DNA of 64,000 bases from Bacteroides uniformis (GTDB lineage: Bacteria; Bacillota_I; Bacilli_A; RFN20; CAG-288): assembly GCA_963600815.1 (NCBI GenBank), contig CAVCCX010000001.1, positions 39,001 through 103,000 on the forward strand, given 5' to 3'. This document shows, one piece after another, positions 30,771 through 40,755 of the stretch. Below the pieces are notes generated by a model. That model did not search any database, was not told where the DNA came from, and was given only the letters and a program-made list of their open reading frames with translations. A program made the position numbers and the translations under genes. Every line of letters starts with the position of its first letter. Within the stretch, counting starts at the first letter, position 1.

Positions 30771-30928
30771 TATAATGACATTTCGTGGAAAAGTAAAGAC
30801 TGAAAATGAAAAATATTTACGAAACCGAAGTGAAAGGGCATTCGAAAGAAAAGACGCCAAAAAGTGAAAAGGAAAGAAGAAAGTTCATCAAACTTTCCTA
30901 TATTGTATGAAATCGTTATTTTTTCAGG

Positions 30929-30957
30929 CGTAATAAAAGGCTGCCATAAGGCAGCCT
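30929..30957 (-). terminator. Rho-independent terminator after eno.
   Basis: AGGCTGCCttatGGCAGCCT hairpin with a T-rich tail on the minus strand, directly 3' of the eno stop. Confidence 0.5.
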
Positions 30958-30978
30958 CGTGATTGTCGATAGAAGCGA

Positions 30979-32361
<1,383 letters not shown>

Positions 32362-32420
32362 TTATCATACATAGTATGATAGATAGAGGTCCAGCAGGAT
32401 ACGAAAACAGCTCGATTTCC

Positions 32421-32963
32421 TTACACAATCGGAGGAAGAGACAAAAGAATCTTTCGAAGATCGGAATAGAGGGGATGGATTTCACATGGCGTATATTTTT
32501 TCCATTCCTCCATCCTATCCTCGATCATGTCTTCTCTCAGTTGGGAGGCTGAAATCAGAATATCGCTCCGATCCACTCTATGGATAGTGAGATTCTTTTT
32601 TCTTACCGGAGAAAACCAATTCTCGATTTTCTCTTCTTTTCCGGAAACAAAGAGATCCGGTTCCTTCTTCTCAGATTCGAGGATGGTCTTAAAAAGATAT
32701 TCACCCCATTGCGGAACATTCCCGACACCGATATCCGGAAGAGGAAGAATCTGGACATTCTTCGGATACACAAGGGATATCATCTTCTTTCTTTCCTCGA
32801 AAGAAAATGGGTTCTCCTTTGTTCGCATCTTGTCGCTCGAACCGACAAGGACAATAGTCTTCTTTGCGAATTTTATGGAATCATCGATCAAAGACTTATG
32901 TCCGTTATGAAAAATCTGGAATCTTCCAACCACGAATCCAAGGTCAAAAACTTTGTCTTCCAT
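32421..32963 (-). CDS. nadM: Nicotinamide/nicotinate-nucleotide adenylyltransferase, NadM (archaeal-type) family.
   Basis: LGFVVGRFQIFHNGH matches the NadM GRFQPFHxGH nucleotidyltransferase motif. About 180 aa. The stop of the upstream pncB abuts the start. Confidence 0.65.
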   Translation of the reverse strand: MEDKVFDLGFVVGRFQIFHNGHKSLIDDSIKFAKKTIVLVGSSDKMRTKENPFSFEERKKMISLVYPKNVQILPLPDIGVGNVPQWGEYLFKTILESEKKEPDLFVSGKEEKIENWFSPVRKKNLTIHRVDRSDILISASQLREDMIEDRMEEWKKYTPCEIHPLYSDLRKILLSLPPIV

Positions 32964-32964
32964 A

Positions 32965-34167
32965 TCAAAAATGCTCTTTGTCCCTCTCAAGTCGGAAAGC
33001 AATCGATCTCTTCAGATAGGAAAGATATTCTTCATTGTCTGACATCGTCTTTCCAGGAGCATCTGAGACCTTGGCAACCGGTCTTCCGTTGACATACTGC
33101 AGCTTGATGACGATGTTCAGCGGTGGGATCTTCGTATCATTGGTGATGAAGGTTCCGATGCCGAAATTGACTCTCGCCTTGTCATTGAAATAGTCATAGA
33201 GTTTCTGCGCCTTGTCAAAATTCAGGGAATCCGAAAAGAGAAGCGTCTTTGTCTTCGGATCGACCTGGTATTTCTTATAGTGGGCAATCATCTTTTCTCC
33301 CCAGACATAGGGATCACCGGAATCATGGCGGACGCCATTGTAGTTGTTGACCATGGAACGATTGAAATCAAGAAGGAAAAGATCGGTCGTCAAGGTATCC
33401 GTCAGGGCCGTTCCATTGTCTCCCTGATATTCGCTATACCAGTCCTTGAGGGCACAATGATTCGTATAGGCAAGAGGAATCGAATCGATGCCCTGATACA
33501 TCTGGACGAATTCATGGGCATAGGTTCCGATCGGCTTGAGATGATATTTATAGGCAAAATAGACATTGCTCGTTCCGATCATATTGGGGCATCTTTCCTT
33601 GAGCTGAGAGATGACGTAGTCCATCCATTCCCTGGAAAGCCTTCTTCTGGCACCGAATTCAGCAAAAGAGAACGTATAGACTCCATCCTGGAATTTCTTG
33701 ATTTTCTCTTCCAATTTGATTTCCGCACTCTTTCTCAGTTCGTCATAGTCGTATTGGAAACGGAAATAGACTTCCGAGATGATTTCCAGAAGATAGATTT
33801 CGAACTGCATGCTGGAAAACATCGGTCCGCGGACAACGACCTTCAGGTCCCCTTTTTCATCCAAGGAGGTGGTGACATAGTCACGGATCGGATGATAGAG
33901 TCGGAGGAATTCCACATAGTCGTTCTTGATGAAACGGATGCTTCTAAGATAATCCAGTTCATCCTTACTGAAAGAAAGAGTGCAGAGATGATCAATCTGT
34001 TCATTGATTTCCTCGAGCATCTCTTTCGTGAAGACAATGTTCTCATTTCGACACTTGAAATGATATTCTCCCGTCAGGTCCGTATGCTGATGGAAGATGA
34101 CTTGATCCATATTGAATTTGTACAGATCGGTATCCAATAAGGATTCGACAATCGGCTGTAACTTCAT
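32965..34167 (-). CDS. pncB: Nicotinate phosphoribosyltransferase.
   Basis: MKLQPIVESLLDTDLYKFNMDQV (PncB N-terminal LLDTDLYK motif), about 400 aa. The start is trimmed from the ORF-track start at 34371. Confidence 0.7.
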   Translation of the reverse strand: MKLQPIVESLLDTDLYKFNMDQVIFHQHTDLTGEYHFKCRNENIVFTKEMLEEINEQIDHLCTLSFSKDELDYLRSIRFIKNDYVEFLRLYHPIRDYVTTSLDEKGDLKVVVRGPMFSSMQFEIYLLEIISEVYFRFQYDYDELRKSAEIKLEEKIKKFQDGVYTFSFAEFGARRRLSREWMDYVISQLKERCPNMIGTSNVYFAYKYHLKPIGTYAHEFVQMYQGIDSIPLAYTNHCALKDWYSEYQGDNGTALTDTLTTDLFLLDFNRSMVNNYNGVRHDSGDPYVWGEKMIAHYKKYQVDPKTKTLLFSDSLNFDKAQKLYDYFNDKARVNFGIGTFITNDTKIPPLNIVIKLQYVNGRPVAKVSDAPGKTMSDNEEYLSYLKRSIAFRLERDKEHF

Positions 34168-34348
34168 ATATTTATACCTCAAACTTTTCCTAGGGGAGGT
34201 TATTCTACCATTTTTATTCACGGAGGTATAGCAATGAAAATCAAGAGAATTGTCATTGATTCTAAGAGATGAACAAAGATCAGATAGAAAATTTATTTGT
34301 TCTAATATCATTTGATATAATGGTATAGGCAAGGAATGATAGGTCATC

Positions 34349-35203
34349 ATGAACAAACTCATTAAAAACATAAGACTGAGCGCAAAAATGAATCAGGAGC
34401 AGTTCGCCAAGGCTCTCGGAACGACTCCACTATCGATCAATCGCTGGGAAAACGGAAAAACGACACCGAACAAAATGGCACAGAAGCAATTGTTCCAATT
34501 CTGCAAGGAATATAGAATAGACCTTGCCGATTCGATTGCAGAGCAGTTTATCCCAGAGAAGGACGATGAGAGTCTGATTGTTTTCCATGGATCAAAAAAA
34601 GGAATCACAGGAAACATCGCACCGATCAGCCGTTCCGCCTGTGACTTTGGCAAAGGATTCTACCTAGGAACGAATCCAAGTCAGCCTTTGACTCTCATCT
34701 GTGACGAAGAAAAACCGATTCTCTATACGGCAAAATTCGATTTATCTGACCTTCGAGTCCTGAAAATTGATTTCGGTATCGAATGGGCTATGCTGATTGC
34801 CTATTATCGCGGATATATGGAAGAGGCAAAAGGATGTGAAATCTATCGAAAATACGAAACTCTTGCAGATGGATATGATGTGATTGAAGGCTATATCGCG
34901 GATGATCGGATGTACAAGGTCATGAAGAGTTTCTTCGAAAAGAACATTACCGATTCCGCATTGATTCATAGCCTTTCCGCATTGGATCTTGGGCGACAAT
35001 ACGTCTGCAAGACGGAGAAAGCCTGCAATCAGATCCGAATCATTGACAAAAAAGAATTGATGCCCCTTGAATTGGAAATCCTTCGAGAAAAAAGCATTGC
35101 AAAAAGACAGGAGGGAATCAATCTCACAGAAGAAATATTGATAAAATATCGTCGAGAAGGAAAATACTTCGATGAGATTCTAAGAGGTGACGACTATGAA
35201 TAA
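34349..35203 (+). CDS. HTH (XRE-family) domain fused to a DUF3990-like domain.
   Basis: N-terminal LSAKMNQEQFAKALGTTPLSINRWENGKTTP is an XRE HTH. LIVFHGSKKGI...CDFGKGFYLGTNPSQ matches the DUF3990 N-terminal signature (YHGS...DFGKGFYLT). Confidence 0.55.
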   Translation: MNKLIKNIRLSAKMNQEQFAKALGTTPLSINRWENGKTTPNKMAQKQLFQFCKEYRIDLADSIAEQFIPEKDDESLIVFHGSKKGITGNIAPISRSACDFGKGFYLGTNPSQPLTLICDEEKPILYTAKFDLSDLRVLKIDFGIEWAMLIAYYRGYMEEAKGCEIYRKYETLADGYDVIEGYIADDRMYKVMKSFFEKNITDSALIHSLSALDLGRQYVCKTEKACNQIRIIDKKELMPLELEILREKSIAKRQEGINLTEEILIKYRREGKYFDEILRGDDYE

Positions 35204-35621
35204 AACCTTACAATCCGCTCTATCGGATATGCAGGGACAGCTCTTTGAGATGTCGATTGAAAAAGGATTGGATAGTGAATCCTTTCTAAAAGCATTTATG
35301 CTTTCAGACATCGCAAAAGACCTCGATTCCGAATTCAACCATATGCAATGGGCTGGCAAAGAATATATCATGGAACGTATCCTTGATGAACTGAAAGCCG
35401 AAATGAAAATAGGTGGCGAAGTCTATGATCAGGAAATAATGTATTGGACAGGATATGTCTATCGAAGATGGCATTTCTATACAGGGGAATCAAGCAAGGA
35501 AATCTATAAGCAAGCCCCAGCAAAAACAATGCGAGCAACCTATTATGCCTATCATACCATGAGTGTCGAAATGGCTATCGATCGACTCAAGGAATCCTAT
35601 CAGGAAAAACATTCAAAATGA
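35196..35621 (+). CDS. Small partner protein, possibly DUF3791-like.
   Basis: 142 aa. Its start overlaps the stop of the XRE-DUF3990 gene (ATGAATAA). The FLKAFMLSDIAKDLDSEFNHMQWAGKEYIMERILDEL region resembles the DUF3791 family, which usually pairs with DUF3990. Confidence 0.4.
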   Translation: MNKTLQSALSDMQGQLFEMSIEKGLDSESFLKAFMLSDIAKDLDSEFNHMQWAGKEYIMERILDELKAEMKIGGEVYDQEIMYWTGYVYRRWHFYTGESSKEIYKQAPAKTMRATYYAYHTMSVEMAIDRLKESYQEKHSK

Positions 35622-35635
35622 AAGGATGACAAAGT

Positions 35636-36346
35636 ATGACAGAAAAAAGTGCCAAAAAGATCATCAACGAGAAATTGCGACAGAAAAACATGTATAGCAA
35701 GAAGTTTGCCACTGAGCTTTATTCCTCCTACGTAGACGAAGTAGACTCACTTCTCGACAGTGGACTGAAACAGGAAGAGGCCGAAAAGCAGGCTTTCAAC
35801 TCCTTAGAAAACGCCTTAGACAGTCTTCCAGATGTCAAAGAAAATAAGCATTTATTTTCCATATTGGTTTCCGTCTTCTTTTTCGTTCTCGCTCTAATGG
35901 AACTTGTCATATCAGGCACAAACACCTCAATCATCAAACCAATGGAAATCTACGTGAACATCGAATGTTGTCTTTCTATATGTGCCCTCATCTATCTTTT
36001 ATGCACAAGAAAAAAGAGAACGGTGGAAGATTACATAATTGTCTTATCTATCCTCATCTCATTGGTCATTTCTGTCATTGAGACAATGGTTGCTGGCTTG
36101 AGCAGCAGTTCTCCTGACAGAAAACACACTTTCACCTATACTTATCCCTGCTTGCTCACTGATACGCTGAATGTTCTCGACAGAGCAACTAGCGTAATGA
36201 CGCCTGTCAGCCAATCCGTCTATTTTTATCCACAATCCATCGTTTCGTTGATTTGTGTTTTGGTATCTTCAATATTCTTCACGGCATCAAAATTAAAAGA
36301 CAAGAAAGCAATGAAACAAAAAGATTTCATGAATGACAATCAGTGA
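35636..36346 (+). CDS. Hypothetical membrane protein.
   Basis: 236 aa, 4-5 hydrophobic helices, Cys-rich segment NIECCLSICALIYLLC. Confidence 0.4.
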   Translation: MTEKSAKKIINEKLRQKNMYSKKFATELYSSYVDEVDSLLDSGLKQEEAEKQAFNSLENALDSLPDVKENKHLFSILVSVFFFVLALMELVISGTNTSIIKPMEIYVNIECCLSICALIYLLCTRKKRTVEDYIIVLSILISLVISVIETMVAGLSSSSPDRKHTFTYTYPCLLTDTLNVLDRATSVMTPVSQSVYFYPQSIVSLICVLVSSIFFTASKLKDKKAMKQKDFMNDNQ

Positions 36347-36401
36347 TAATCAAACAAAAAATTCTACTCATTGCCTTCATACCAGTCAAAAAACAACTCC
36401 A

Positions 36402-39400
36402 TTACGAAAGCAGGAAACGAAGATCTTCCGTGTTGATGTTCATGATGGCGCTATCGCCTTCCTGAATGACACTGGAAAGATTTTTTTTCTTTTGTTGAAG
36501 CTGGATGACTCTTTCCTCGATGGTATCCTTGCTGATCAGTTTGAACACCGTCACATTTCTCTTCTGGCCGATACGATGGGCTCTGTCTGTCGCCTGATCC
36601 TCCGCTGCCAGATTCCACCATGGATCAAGATGGATGACAATATCCGCTCCGACAAGATTCAGTCCGGTTCCACCGGCTTTTAAGGAAACAAGCATGACAG
36701 AAATATCATCCTTCGTATTGAAGGCCTCACCCTGGATGAGTCTCTCCTTAGCGGAGGTCTCTCCCGTGATGAGATAGCTTTCGATCTGATTTTCCTTTAG
36801 GATTTCCTTCATATGTTCAAGCGTCTTGGCAAAAAAGGAGAAAATCAGGACTTTATGTCCATTGAGGATGGCCGACTTTGTCATTTCAAGACAGGAAAGA
36901 AGTTTTTCACCGACAGAAGGGAAGTCGGTTAAGAACATGTTCGGATCGACACAGATTTCCCTGAGTTTGGTAATCTGGGCTAGAATCGAAATCTTGTTTG
37001 TGTTCGTATCAAGGCTTTCTCTCGCCTTTTGGATATAGGCGTCATAGAGTTCTCTTTGTTTCTCATTGAGGTTGATCGTGAGGACCTGTTCTTCCTTCTT
37101 GGGAAGATCCTTCAGGACATCCTCCTTCTTTCTTTTCAGCACGAAAGGAGCAATCTTGTTCATCAGGTCCTGTTTCTGATAGGGATCATCGATGGAAAGT
37201 TTTCCATAGATTTCCTTGAAGGAAGAATACCCCATGAGATAACCTGGCATGAGGAAATCAAAAATCGACCAAAGATCGGCCAAGGAATTCATGATTGGCG
37301 TACCGGTGAGGACAAACTTGTGTTCGGCATAGATCTCCTTGACTGCCTTCGTCTTCTTGGCATAGACATTCGAAATATTCTGTCCTTCATCCAAAATGAG
37401 ATAGGAAAAAGCATATTTCTCAAATTCGTCGAGGTCGTTTCGCAAAGAATCATAGGAAACGATGAAGACTTCCTTCCTATTCGGATCAATTTCAGAAAGA
37501 AGCGTTTCCCTCGTCGTCTTATTGCCGTCAAAGACATAGACCTTCTGTGACTTATCCCATCGAGCGAATTCATTTTCCCAATTGTAGATCAAGGCCTTCG
37601 GCGTGACAATCAGGATTGGTTTTTCTTTCTTGCAAAGGGAAAGAAGAGCAATGATCTGCAATGTCTTTCCTAAACCCATGTCATCAGCCAAGATGCCACT
37701 GAGATTGTGCTTGGAAAGAGTATAAAGCCATTTGATGCCGTCTTCCTGGTAGGGTCTGATATTTTCCTTCAGGAAAGAAGAAAGGGGAATCTCCTGGTTC
37801 TTGAAATTCTTAATTTCATCAAAAAGGTCTTTCACCTCCTTCGAATAAAGAAGACTTACTTCATCACTCTGATAGGTCGAAAGCTTCAGTGCTTCATAAA
37901 GAGGCAATCGTTCCTTTGTCAGAGACGTCAAAGAGAATTCGTCGGCAATCTTCTTGAAGGAAAGAGAATCCTTTTCCTCAAAGGAGATGAAGGAATCCTT
38001 CATGCGGACATATTTCTTCTTTTCACGATAAGCAGAAAGAATCTTTTCCATCTCATCCTTGGAGAAACGGTCCGAGCCGAAATCCATATCGAGCCAGTCG
38101 ATATTGTTCTTCAGCTGAATGCGGATATTTCCAACCCCGTTCACTTTCCGATGGACGAGATTTTCACTGAGGTACAAGGAGCAAGTTTTCTTCAGAGGAT
38201 AAAGGTCTTCCTTCAGAAAGGAAAGAATCCTTTCCTGGGATTCGAGCTTCCCATTTTCAGGCAACTCGAAAAAGGAAAGGGCCGAAAGGAAATTTTCCAC
38301 TTTCTTTTCTCCGATAGGAAGAGTCTTGAATTCCTCGAGGCTCACCTTGTTTCCATCCGAATAGAACTCCGTCGAGAAGGAAAGTACATCCTCTTCGAGA
38401 TAGGTGATGAAATATTTGATTTCACATTGACGGATTTTGTGTTTTTTCTGATATTCTTCTTTTCCATTCACCTCTTCAAGGCAAGGGAGAATATCTTCAG
38501 AAATTTCCTTGACGAAAAGAGAATACGGAAAATCGGAATGATTCTGAATGAAGGAAGAGAGAATCGCTTCTCTTTCATTCCTAAAGAATACAAGATGGAT
38601 TCTTCTTTCATTCTCCCGAATCAGGATGGCTTGCGATTTTTCAGATAGAAGAAGACCTTTCAGTTGCGGAACAAGACTCAGATTTCCTTCTTCATCCACC
38701 TGGACTGTGACCTTTTCTTCTTCTTTTTCGATAAGATAGAGTTTCTCATCCAAATGGACTTCTCTTCCTTTCATCAGGAAGAGAAAGGCAACCACTTCCT
38801 TTTTACTCATAGGAAGTGCCACATCCTCTTTTTCCTCATGGAAAAGAAGACATCCCTGAAGGAAAGCGATGATTTCCTTATCTTCATCCCTTATATTTTC
38901 CATCGATAGGGAAAGAACATCCTTGTAGAAAGCAATCCTCCCCTTGGTTTTCAGGCTCTGAAGAAATTGCGGGGTGCTTTTTGCAAAATATTGTCGGTTA
39001 TGGATTCCGACCTTGATGCGTAGAGAGTATTCATCCTCGTTCTTTCCAAGGAAATAGGAAAGATCGATTTTCTCAGGGGTCTTGATGATCGTATCTTCCT
39101 CAGTCTGAATCAATTGCTCGGACAGTTTTTTGACCAAAGGCAGATACTTGTTTCTCAAAAGGACATATTCACTCGAAAGACTTGCCAGGGAGGCTATGTC
39201 ATCATAATAGAGCGCGTACTTCTTCTTTATTTCCTCATCGGTCATCTTCTTTTCTTTTTCATGAATGTAGCAGGCTAGGCAAGAAGAATAAATATCTTCT
39301 TTTCCCATGACATTCTTGATTTTCCGATCATTGGAAACTTTCAATGAATGGTAGATTCCTTTTTTTGCATCGATGGCTTCATAAAGAAGACAAGAGGAGG

Positions 39401-39527
39401 CTTTGTCAAAAGAAAAGACAATCAAAAAATCATCCAGGCTCTCATAGAAAGTCTTGGCAGATGGATTCTCATCGATTTTCTTTTTATAGAGTGCGATTTC
39501 CTCTTCTGCGATATCAATCAGAAACAT
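36402..39527 (-). CDS. SNF2-family helicase (YwqA-like) with an N-terminal extension of about 550 aa.
   Basis: ILADDMGLGKTLQ (motif I), DEGQNISN (DEGH box), C-terminal helicase GGTGLNLVGADIVIHLDPWWNLAAEDQATDRAHRIGQ, 1041 aa. Confidence 0.85.
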   Translation of the reverse strand: MFLIDIAEEEIALYKKKIDENPSAKTFYESLDDFLIVFSFDKASSCLLYEAIDAKKGIYHSLKVSNDRKIKNVMGKEDIYSSCLACYIHEKEKKMTDEEIKKKYALYYDDIASLASLSSEYVLLRNKYLPLVKKLSEQLIQTEEDTIIKTPEKIDLSYFLGKNEDEYSLRIKVGIHNRQYFAKSTPQFLQSLKTKGRIAFYKDVLSLSMENIRDEDKEIIAFLQGCLLFHEEKEDVALPMSKKEVVAFLFLMKGREVHLDEKLYLIEKEEEKVTVQVDEEGNLSLVPQLKGLLLSEKSQAILIRENERRIHLVFFRNEREAILSSFIQNHSDFPYSLFVKEISEDILPCLEEVNGKEEYQKKHKIRQCEIKYFITYLEEDVLSFSTEFYSDGNKVSLEEFKTLPIGEKKVENFLSALSFFELPENGKLESQERILSFLKEDLYPLKKTCSLYLSENLVHRKVNGVGNIRIQLKNNIDWLDMDFGSDRFSKDEMEKILSAYREKKKYVRMKDSFISFEEKDSLSFKKIADEFSLTSLTKERLPLYEALKLSTYQSDEVSLLYSKEVKDLFDEIKNFKNQEIPLSSFLKENIRPYQEDGIKWLYTLSKHNLSGILADDMGLGKTLQIIALLSLCKKEKPILIVTPKALIYNWENEFARWDKSQKVYVFDGNKTTRETLLSEIDPNRKEVFIVSYDSLRNDLDEFEKYAFSYLILDEGQNISNVYAKKTKAVKEIYAEHKFVLTGTPIMNSLADLWSIFDFLMPGYLMGYSSFKEIYGKLSIDDPYQKQDLMNKIAPFVLKRKKEDVLKDLPKKEEQVLTINLNEKQRELYDAYIQKARESLDTNTNKISILAQITKLREICVDPNMFLTDFPSVGEKLLSCLEMTKSAILNGHKVLIFSFFAKTLEHMKEILKENQIESYLITGETSAKERLIQGEAFNTKDDISVMLVSLKAGGTGLNLVGADIVIHLDPWWNLAAEDQATDRAHRIGQKRNVTVFKLISKDTIEERVIQLQQKKKNLSSVIQEGDSAIMNINTEDLRFLLS

Positions 39528-40686
39528 GATTCTCTCCTTGATAGATCACAAGACTCGATTCCTTCATCAGATTTTCCTTTATCAGCATAAGAAGATAATC
39601 CTTTCTTTTCTCTTCACTCTTAAAGGAATATTCCTTTAAGGAAGGAGAAAAAAGAAGTTCTTTTTTCATCTCCGGATAGCAGAATATGCATAGATCGATA
39701 TCCTTGGAATCCATTGTTTCTCTCTGGCATCTTTTTTCCAATGCCGAAAGAAGATAGTCGGCATATTCATTTTTGTATTTTTCCTTGATGAGAGAGGAAA
39801 GAGAGGCAAATTCATCCAAGGCGAGATATTTGAGAATGTCTTTCTTGCTTTCCCCGCCCTGAATCAATAAATAAGGCTTCTCAAGGTGATTCGCTTCCAC
39901 GACGCGCAGGAGATAATTTTCCTGTTCCTCTTTTTCTTCATCGAAAAGAAGGGAATAGTACTGATAGAACGTAGAGAAGTTCACACTGTTGGCAAAAAGG
40001 AAGTTGTGATAGGCGAATTTCAGCAGGGAGAAAAGTTTTTCTTTCTTGGCAAAGGAAATGATCTTCTCATAGCATTCCTTGCTGATGAGAATATTCTTGT
40101 TCTTCAGAAAGGCGATGAGAATCGCTTCCTTCTTTCTTTTGAGAAGAGCATAGATGACCATATCAAAAAGAGTGTATTGGTCCAGGCTATTCTCCGCGAT
40201 ATAAAGAAAAGTCGAGTCGGATAGATAATCCGCGATCTGCTCGATTCTTGAAGCAAAGATTTCCCGTAAAAGAGGATTTTCAGCAGAATTGTATTCTTCT
40301 ATGAATTCCTCATTGACACCCGAGGTGAAATGCTCATCCTTGATGGCCTTGACCAGGAAAGAAGCGGCTTCCGGTCTTTTCCGCATCAAAAGCCAGAAAC
40401 TACCGAAAAGCCTCGAAAATTGCTTCTCTTCCATCTTGATCGGACGAGTGAAAGATAAAAAGCGGTCTCCGAGTTTTTTTCTCTCCGCAATCGGATAGGC
40501 CCGATAGGCATCACGGAAGAGATTGGCAATCGTCCGTACCTTCTCCATGCCAAGCCAGGAGAGATAATTCTCCAAGTAGATTTTTTGGGCCATTGAAAAG
40601 AATTCATCCGGAGAATCATACATCTTGACGATAAGAGAAGTCATCTTTTCAGAGTACTTGTAGGAGGTTATTTTTTCAGAGTCCAT
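39514..40686 (-). CDS. Hypothetical protein, partner of the SNF2 helicase.
   Basis: 390 aa, no recognisable motif, overlaps the helicase start by 14 nt in an operon arrangement. Confidence 0.4.
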   Translation of the reverse strand: MDSEKITSYKYSEKMTSLIVKMYDSPDEFFSMAQKIYLENYLSWLGMEKVRTIANLFRDAYRAYPIAERKKLGDRFLSFTRPIKMEEKQFSRLFGSFWLLMRKRPEAASFLVKAIKDEHFTSGVNEEFIEEYNSAENPLLREIFASRIEQIADYLSDSTFLYIAENSLDQYTLFDMVIYALLKRKKEAILIAFLKNKNILISKECYEKIISFAKKEKLFSLLKFAYHNFLFANSVNFSTFYQYYSLLFDEEKEEQENYLLRVVEANHLEKPYLLIQGGESKKDILKYLALDEFASLSSLIKEKYKNEYADYLLSALEKRCQRETMDSKDIDLCIFCYPEMKKELLFSPSLKEYSFKSEEKRKDYLLMLIKENLMKESSLVIYQGENHVSD

Positions 40687-40755
40687 GTTTCTTTTTCGCC
40701 GAATGCATCGGACATTTCATTATAAGTCAATTTTTTGGAAAAAAGCTACGAAATA

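Noticed and set aside
30661-30867. 68-aa plus-strand ORF in the spacer between the ABC transporter and eno.
   Set aside because: It lies inside the probable minus-strand T-box leader and has no RBS. The coding potential is not credible.
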